A stretch of 64,000 nt of DNA from Eledone cirrhosa (taxonomy: Eukaryota). The stretch spans positions 8,184,001-8,248,000 of the forward strand of contig OZ024751.1 of assembly GCA_964016885.1 (NCBI GenBank). The letters run 5' to 3'. The translations under genes and the position numbers were made by a program. Each line of letters opens with the position of its first letter. Position 1 is the first letter of the stretch. Of this stretch, positions 56,230 to 64,000 are shown one piece after another. Under the pieces are notes generated by a model. It was not told where the DNA came from. It did no database searches and worked only from the letters and a program-made list of their open reading frames with translations.

Positions 56230-56940
56230 TATTTGATGCGGGAGGTTGAGACTGTGTCGATGAGTGTGGGGCTGAGAATGAATGAGACTAAAACAAAATA
56301 TCTGGTAGAGAATGTTGAGAAGCCAGAGAGGATCACTAATGTAGGCGGGAAGCCGCTAGAATTGATTGAGGGCTTCCTGTATTTGGGAGCAAAGATTGGG
56401 AATACAGAAGATGATGTGGTTGAGAGGAAGAGCAAGGCCTGGGCGGCGTGCCACAGCTTGAGATCGGTGTGGAAGTCGGACCTTCGTAGAGACCTCAAAA
56501 TCCGCCTCTTCATTGCTGTAGTGGAGTCTGTGATGCTGTATGGGTCTGAGACATGGACACTAACCAAGACACTCACTCAGATGGTGGATGGGTGCTACAC
56601 GAGAATGCTGAGGATGGCTCTTAACATTAATCAGTATACACTGAGGATGAAAAACTCAGAGCTGTATGGGAGCATCCCAAAAGTCAGCTCAAAAGTGACA
56701 CAGAGGAGACTGAGGTTAGCTGGGCATGCTCACCGACATCCAGAGTTGACATTGGACTCAGTGCTCCTTTGGGATCCCCTACATGGACACTCTAGAAGAG
56801 GAAGACCAAGGTTAACACGTATGTTGATGCCCTAAGGACAGACACTGGTCTGTTGGAGACGCAGGACATGGCAGCCATAATGAGGGACAGAGACCGCTGG
56901 AGAGAACTCGTCCATTGATCTCGGGAATTTTACCCGCCTT

Positions 56941-56943
<3 letters not shown>
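56230..56943 (+). mobile_element. RTE-clade LINE, 5'-truncated (end of RT and C-terminus)
   Basis: VGLRMNETKTK, FLYLG, LYGSETWTL, RRLRLAGH, RRGRPR; frameshift near 56815. Confidence 0.9.
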
Positions 56944-56975
<32 letters not shown>

Positions 56976-56979
<4 letters not shown>

Positions 56980-57148
56980 CAAATGGAAACTATATTTATA
57001 AGATCATTAATAAATCTGGGTTTATAAATATATTTTCCATTTGTTAATATATTGTATATTTACTCCAATAAATTGTTGAGTGTTTTATATCAGTTATAAC
57101 AATATTTTGCTTGTTGTATCACAACAAATTAAATATAACCTCCGCATA
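56976..57148 (+). mobile_element. Miniature palindromic PLE terminus
   Basis: ttaacaaatggaaactatatttata inverted pair plus a tail homologous to 33220-33310. Confidence 0.65.
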
Positions 57149-57353
57149 TACATATATATATATTTATATATATATATATATTTATTTATAAATATCACTT
57201 TGATCACCTTGACCGACCAGTCAGTCGGGCGCCGCTGGTCACAGCACGTGGTATTCTAACCATACGATGACCCCATTCAATGGTTATCATCGAAATATAT
57301 ATAGCGGTAAATAAAGGATTATGAGTTCATGCAATTGACTTATGTTTAGACAC

Positions 57354-57399
<46 letters not shown>

Positions 57400-57410
<11 letters not shown>

Positions 57411-57962
57411 AACAAGGGGAGAAGGATACTGCGTGGTTGCACATGGATTACATATTATAAAATTAGTCCCTCATCAGTTATTTCCCAACCATCATTGGTA
57501 TTTCATCGCATTAAAAATCAGATACCTCAGGTTGGTGCGAGCAATAACTAAAATAAGCTATTGGGACAAGTGAAACGCGTAAAGCGAGTGAGACAAGTAA
57601 ACAACAGAAGGAAAAGAAAACCGAAGGTTTGAAAAACAGCAAGCAACATGATAGTTATCCGATCAGCATAAACTGGGTGAATTTTATGAGCGGTCAGAGA
57701 AGCAGACCGTACGCTGTGAATGCGGTGTGAGAAATAAGGAACCCCACTACTAGCGAACGGGGGCAAGTGAGAAGGGGAGAAACAGAGAGTGACTGAGTGG
57801 AAGTGCGAGGAAGAGGTCAGTCGAGAGAAAGTGTAACTGATAGAGGGGGCGAAAGAAAGTAAGAGAAACAGAGATAATGGTGGAGCAGTAAGAGAGAAAG
57901 AGAGAAACAGATAATCGCAGTCTAGCTAAATATATATGAAAAACAAGGGAAGAAGGATACTG

Positions 57963-57966
<4 letters not shown>
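57400..57966. mobile_element. TA-flanked element with ~36-bp terminal direct repeat (pseudo-LTR-like)
   Basis: tatatatgaaaaacaaggg.agaaggatactgcgtg at about 57400 and 57931. Confidence 0.5.
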
Positions 57967-58051
<85 letters not shown>

Positions 58052-58175
58052 GTAGGAGGTGAGTTTTATTGTAGTACAATAAAGCAATGCAGATATCGGA
58101 TAAGAAGCACTCTACAGTTTGTAGGACAGGAGTATACATAATATAAGATCAAAAGATGGTTAAAGGAGTTCCATG

Positions 58176-58246
58176 TATTTTATTATGCGCATTTCAAAAA
58201 CAAACATCATCATGCAATAATATTTGTGTTTTCATCAGATAAAACA
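58176..58246 (-). ncRNA. Type I hammerhead ribozyme (PLE 3' end)
   Basis: Mirror of 62935-63005; core intact. Confidence 0.85.
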
Positions 58247-59259
58247 GGAGAACATGATATGAAGGCTAAAAAACACTTGTGGATAGTGCAGTTTTAAATC
58301 AACATATGAAAAGTGGTTTTAGAATGATGTGTGATATTGGGAAAACTATTTTATTTAGAGAGGGGTGAAAAAGGGGAGGAGATGAGAGGGAGAGATGGGA
58401 AATAGAGAGAAAGAGATAGTTTTTATAAATGAGAGGAGATATATTGTTTTACATAGAGAGGTTGAAAACCGTTGGAAGATAATGTATAAATTAAAAAAAA
58501 AATTTGAAAATTAACGAAAGGAGGATATGTGCGAGGAAAAAGTATTTTATTTAGGGAGGGGGGTGGAAAGGATGAAAAAAGGGGGAGGAGATGAAAGTGA
58601 AGGTGGAGAGGGAGAGATGGGTGATAGAGAGAAAGAGATAGTTTTTATAACTGAGAGAAAGATATATTGTTTTACATAGAGAGGTTGAGAACCGTTGGAA
58701 GATAATGTATAAATTAAAGGAATTTGAAAATTAACGAAGGGAATTTATGTATGAAGATAGAGAGAAGAAATAATAATTGTGGATGAATATTCTAACGTCA
58801 AAAAAGGGTATGTTGATAAGTATTGTGGCAATTTCAAAATTAACGAAGAGAAAAATTATTAAGGTTTGTGTGTAGAAGGATTTGAGAAAAATAATGTGAA
58901 GTTAAAGTGTGTATATTGGAGGAATTGATAATATATGCGAATAAAGAGGTAACATGTATTAAGAATGAGTTCGTTGATGGGGAGAAAAAAATAATAAATT
59001 AAGGATGAAATTGAGATTAAAAAGATTTATGATAGAGAGAAAAAAATAATGATTGCGGATGAATATTCTAACGTCAAAAAACAAATGTATATGTTATGAA
59101 GGATTTTACAAGGTGAAGATAGAATGAGGGTAATGAGTAAACAAGTATTATAGAGTGTATAATGCCCTTTAAAGTATGGTAGGAAGATGGGTATATTTTA
59201 AAGAGGTGTATGTATATGTGCCTTTGAGAAAAGATTCTAAATTGATAAAGAATTGAATA

Positions 59260-61029
59260 TTAACTGTATACTTTGTGAAAAGTTCTATGGAATTTATGCA
59301 GGCAGATAGAAAACAAATCTGTACGTCTATTTATTATAGAATCTAGGTTAGAGATAATGGTAAATTTTTCATTTAGGCAGAGATTACAGATTTTAGATAG
59401 AGAGCTGTTCAAGTATGAGGATGCAGAAGAAACCTTCTTCCAAAAGATGGTATATTTAATGCTTTTGTCTTTTAAGGACCATATGAGTTCTGAGAGAGCA
59501 GTGTTGGTTCTTTTAAGTTTGTATTTGAAAGATGAATGATGATTATAGAGACGAGCTTTAAAAGAGGTGGAAGTGGAGCCAAAATAGGTGAAGGAATTGG
59601 TGCTAGTTATAATTTTACATTCATAAATTAAGTTTTTATCGAGACAATGGTTGTTGAGAGGACATTTATTTGTAATGCGGCAGTTGCAATTAGAGAGATT
59701 ATTAATGAGTGACCTAGTGTTATCTATAGAAGGAATTGGATTGGAGAAGTTGTTTGTGATAGGAATAATAGGAATAATAGTTTCTTGATTTAGAGTTGGA
59801 TTATGAACATTTAGCGAAGTTGTGTTTGACGTTGTATTTGGGTTTACAGAAGTTAGCCTAGGGTTTACAATGACGTCGGGAGTACTATTACTGTTATTAT
59901 GAAATTCAATGTTGGAAGGAAGAGATTTAGTATTTAGTATTTTATTGTTGTGTTTAGAGATGATGTTGGAAATATTGGAGGATGTGGAATAAGAAAATTT
60001 GATGGTGTGTTTGTTAAATATTTTACTATAGATATGTGAGGGAGGGAAGCATTTATTTAAGGCACTAAAAATAATTTAGGAATATTGTTATTAATAGAGA
60101 TGGAGAAAGGAGCATTATACCAGATTATGTTTTTGTATCTAGGTCTTTTATTAAAATTATTGGAATGATCATGATTAATTATTCTACTGTAAGTTTTTCT
60201 AGAATTTGTTTCTTTACTATATTTGATTTTATCTGGATAGCCGGCTTTAGAAAGTGCGTTATTATAGTAATTGGCGTTAGCATCAAAGATGTTTTTCTTA
60301 GAGGATGTGTTAGATATTCTTTTTCCAATATTACTAACTATAGCATTCCTGATATTGGTAGGATGGTGAGATTTAAAGTTAACATAATTTAGGTTCTCAT
60401 TGTTTTTATGGTAAGGGTAATATAGGCCAGTGTCAAGATTAAGAGATACATCCAAGAAATTAGCTAGTTTGATACTATTATCAAATTCAATTTTTAGGTT
60501 ATGTTGGTTAAAGAGATTACGTATATTGTTCTTAATAATATTAAGGTTAACTATATTGCAATTTAGGATAGTAAAGAGTCCATCGTCACGATAAATTCCA
60601 CCGCGAAGTTGAGGAATTTTCCGACTCAAAGAGTTCAAAATGAAGATACCAATTAAATCAGTCAATTGGGATGAATCGGATGCTCCCATTGTGATGTCGA
60701 AGTTGTTAGAGGTATCGGCTCTGGTCCAATATTCGTTGTTGAACTCTAGGATGGTTTTACGTGCGGTGAGGATGATGTGAAGTTCATCTGTGGTGATGTC
60801 AGAATATTTAAGTGCGAAAGATAGAGCATTATTGAGAAGTGAAGGCGAAATGGAGGAATAGTAGCTGGCAATATCAAATTGAATAAATTTTAGTTTGTTT
60901 TTATTATCCAATTTGTTGAACCAGCCAATCACCTTAGAAGTACCAAACCATAAATTTAGGTTCAAAGAAGAGCAATTAGAACTATCCTGTGGGATAATTC
61001 TATCCAAGATGGCTTTACTAACAACCCAC
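59260..61029 (-). pseudogene. PLE RT plus GIY-YIG ORF, 5'-truncated, with one frameshift near 60066
   Basis: FDIASYYSSI, TMGASDS, YRDDG, FLDV, IIWYNAPFS; continues in the -1 frame as LNKCFPPSH...CNCR...* (59260-60060). Confidence 0.88.
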
Positions 61030-61120
61030 ATAAAAGACCTAGATACAAAAACATAATCTGGTATAATGCTCCTTTCTCCATCTCTATTAATCACAATATT
61101 CCTAAATTATTTTTAGTGCC

Positions 61121-61921
61121 TTAAATAAATGCTTCCCTCCCTCACATATCTATAGTAAAATATTTAACAAACACACCATCAAGTTTTCTTATTCCACATC
61201 CTCCAATATTTCCAACATCATCTCTAAACACAACAATAAAATACTAAATACTAAATCTCTTCCTTCCAACATTGAATTTCATAATAACAGTAATAGTACT
61301 CCCGACGTCATTGTAAACCCTAGGCTAACTTCTGTAAACCCAAATACAACGTCAAACACAACTTCGCTAAATGTTCATAATCCAACTCTAAATCAAGAAA
61401 CTTTTATTCCTATTATTCCTATCACAAACAACTTCTTCAATCCAATTCCTTCTATAGATAACACTAGGTCACTCATTAATAATCTCTCTAATTGCAACTG
61501 CCGCATTAAAAATAAATGTCCTCTCAACAACCATTGTCTCGATAAAAACTTAATTTATGAATGTAAAATTATAACTAGCACCAATTCCTTCACCTATTTT
61601 GGCTCCACTTCCACCTCTTTTAAAGCTCGTCTCTTTAATCATCATTCATCTTTCAAATACAAACTTAAAAGAACCAACACTGCTCTCTCAGAACTCATAT
61701 GGTCCTTAAAAGACAAAAACATTAAACATACCATCTTTTGGAAGAAGGTTTCTTCTGCATCCTCATACTTGAACAGCTCTCTATCTAAAATCTGTAATCT
61801 CTGCCTAAATGAAAAATTTACCATTATCTCTAACCTAGATTCTATAATAAATAGACGTACAGATTTGTTTTCTATCTGCCTGCATACATTCCATAGAACT
61901 TTTCACAAAGTATACAGTTAA
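61121..61921 (+). pseudogene. Inverted duplicate of the PLE linker and GIY-YIG region
   Basis: Stop-free 801-nt frame without ATG, the mirror of 59260-60060. Confidence 0.85.
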
Positions 61922-62934
61922 TATTCAATTCTTTATCAATTTAGAATCTTTTCTCAAAGGCACATATACATACACCTCTTTAAAATATACCCATCTTCCT
62001 ACCATACTTTAAAGGGCATTATACACTCTATAATACTTGTTTACTCATTACCCTCATTCTATCTTCACCTTGTAAAATCCTTCATAACATATACATTTGT
62101 TTTTTGACGTTAGAATATTCATCCGCAATCATTATTTTTTTCTCTCTATCATAAATCTTTTTAATCTCAATTTCATCCTTAATTTATTATTTTTTTCTCC
62201 CCATCAACGAACTCATTCTTAATACATGTTACCTCTTTATTCGCATATATTATCAATTCCTCCAATATACAAACTTTAACTTCACATTATTTTTCTCAAA
62301 TCCTTCTACACACAAACCTTAATAATTTTTCTCTTCGTTAATTTTGAAATTGCCACAATACTTATCAACATACCCTTTTTTGACGTTAGAATATCCATCC
62401 ACAATTATTATTTCTTCTCTCTATCTTCATACATAAATTCCCTTCGTTAATTTTCAAATTCCTTTAATTTATACATTATCTTCCAACGGTTCTCAACCTC
62501 TCTATGTAAAACAATATATCTTTTTCTCAGTTATAAAAACTATCTCTTTCTCTCTATCACCCATCTCTCCCTCTCCACCTTCACTTTCATCTCCTCCCCC
62601 TTTTTTCATCCTTTCCACCCCCCTCCCTAAATAAAATACTTTTTCCTCGCACATATCCTCCTTTCGTTAATTTTCAAATTTTTTTTTTAATTTATACATT
62701 ATCTTCCAACGGTTTTCAACCTCTCTATGTAAAACAATATATCTCCTCTCATTTATAAAAACTATCTCTTTCTCTCTATTTCCCATCTCTCCCTCTCATC
62801 TCCTCCCCTTTTTCACCCCTCTCTAAATAAAATATTTTTCCCAATATCACACATCAATCTAAAACCACTTTTCATATGTTGATTTAAAACTGCACTATCC
62901 ACAAGTGTTTTTTAGCCTTCATATCATGTTCTCC

Positions 62935-63005
62935 TGTTTTATCTGATGAAAACACAAATATTATTGCATGATGATGTTTGTATTTGAAATGCGCATAATA
63001 AAATA
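62935..63005 (+). ncRNA. Type I hammerhead ribozyme (PLE inverted arm)
   Basis: TGTTTTAT-CTGATGA-16-bp stem II with one mismatch-GAAA-TGCGCATA|ATAAAATA; palindromic stem III ATGCGCAT. Confidence 0.87.
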
Positions 63006-63035
63006 TATGGAACTCCTTTAACCATCTTTTGATCT

Positions 63036-63071
<36 letters not shown>

Positions 63072-63702
63072 AAACGAAAAATCAGTGATGCTTTTGGTGT
63101 TATTTATTGTGTGTTACAATTGATTCGCCGGCAGCACCTCGAGACACGATCACACATGGATCTGTCTGATTCTGGAATCTGTAGGTTCGTCGGACACTGG
63201 CAATAATTTCGGATCCAATTTTCTCACTGGGGTGTTAGCGTAAAAAAATCATCTTCTTCGCGTGTCCTGCTGTTGGCAGTAGTTTTTCTACGTCATCATA
63301 AATTCTGGCCATTAGTTGTAGTCAGACTGTCCATCATCTACCCTCTGCCTGACACACTTCAATGAAATCATGGTGGGTTTGGTATTTCACAAGTCTAATC
63401 GCACATACATATACACATATACCCACACAAATACATACACATATACGCATATACAGAAATATACATACATACACACATACATACACATATATACACATAT
63501 ATATATATATAAATACACAGACTCACACACACACGCGCGCACACAACCGTATAACTAACAACATACACGTCCACAGACGCCTGCCTACATGCGTACGCGT
63601 ATACCTGCTCATATACACAAACACGTACATACATAGACACGCACATACACACACGTGTCCTTATATAGAGGCACAAAGACAGACTCGCTTCCGAACATAC
63701 AG

Positions 63703-63870
<168 letters not shown>

Positions 63871-64000
63871 ATATATAATAGGTCAGCATATTCGAAGTTC
63901 GGTCAGCAGCTAAGCCAACGAATGCCTTCAGCAGTGCAGCCAAGCACTCGACGAGAATAGATCTCAGAGTAATAACACACAGTTTAAATGGCTTTGTAAA

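Larger units (their letters stand above)
58048..63043 (-). mobile_element. Penelope-like element (probably Hydra clade) with a 2-kb inverted 3' duplication
   Basis: Arms 58138-60151 and 61030-63043; RT in the spacer; CxCx5C linker (CNCRITNKC), LIY...YFG endonuclease with CNLC and no CCHH; (TA)n flanks. Confidence 0.9.

Noticed and set aside
59357-59539. Duplicated 60-aa ORF (also 61642-61824)
   Set aside because: Antisense to the GIY-YIG frame; duplicated only because of the inversion.
59260-61029. Naiad-type selenoprotein PLE
   Set aside because: The endonuclease is C-terminal and no in-frame TGA codons were seen.
61030-61094. N-terminal ~22 aa of the 345-aa ORF (MINRDGERS...)
   Set aside because: Antisense read of the inverted arm, not part of the RT.

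Overview
AT-rich, repeat-dominated animal DNA, probably octopus (inferred from the very long (TA)n tracts and the tRNA-derived SINE families). Most ORFs in the supplied track are microsatellite artefacts. Supported elements: (1) a full-length L1/Tx1-clade LINE (507-6304, minus) with two open ORFs and a 22-bp target-site duplication; (2) a head-to-tail array of five ~0.5-kb non-coding units (6607-9125), each carrying a type I hammerhead ribozyme (HHR) motif, which is retrozyme-like and the most interesting item here; (3) two ORF-bearing Penelope-like elements (PLEs) with long inverted 3' duplications (19.0-22.0 kb and 58.0-63.0 kb), a PLE endonuclease fragment, and several non-coding palindromic PLE termini that also carry HHRs; (4) a decayed R4/Dong-type LINE with a (TAA)n tail, several RTE LINE fragments and many SINEs; (5) a non-autonomous Helitron that retains a spliced STPR-repeat mini-gene; (6) weak evidence for exons of a minus-strand host membrane-protein gene. 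All RNA folds were worked out by hand, and family names come from motif recognition, not database searches.
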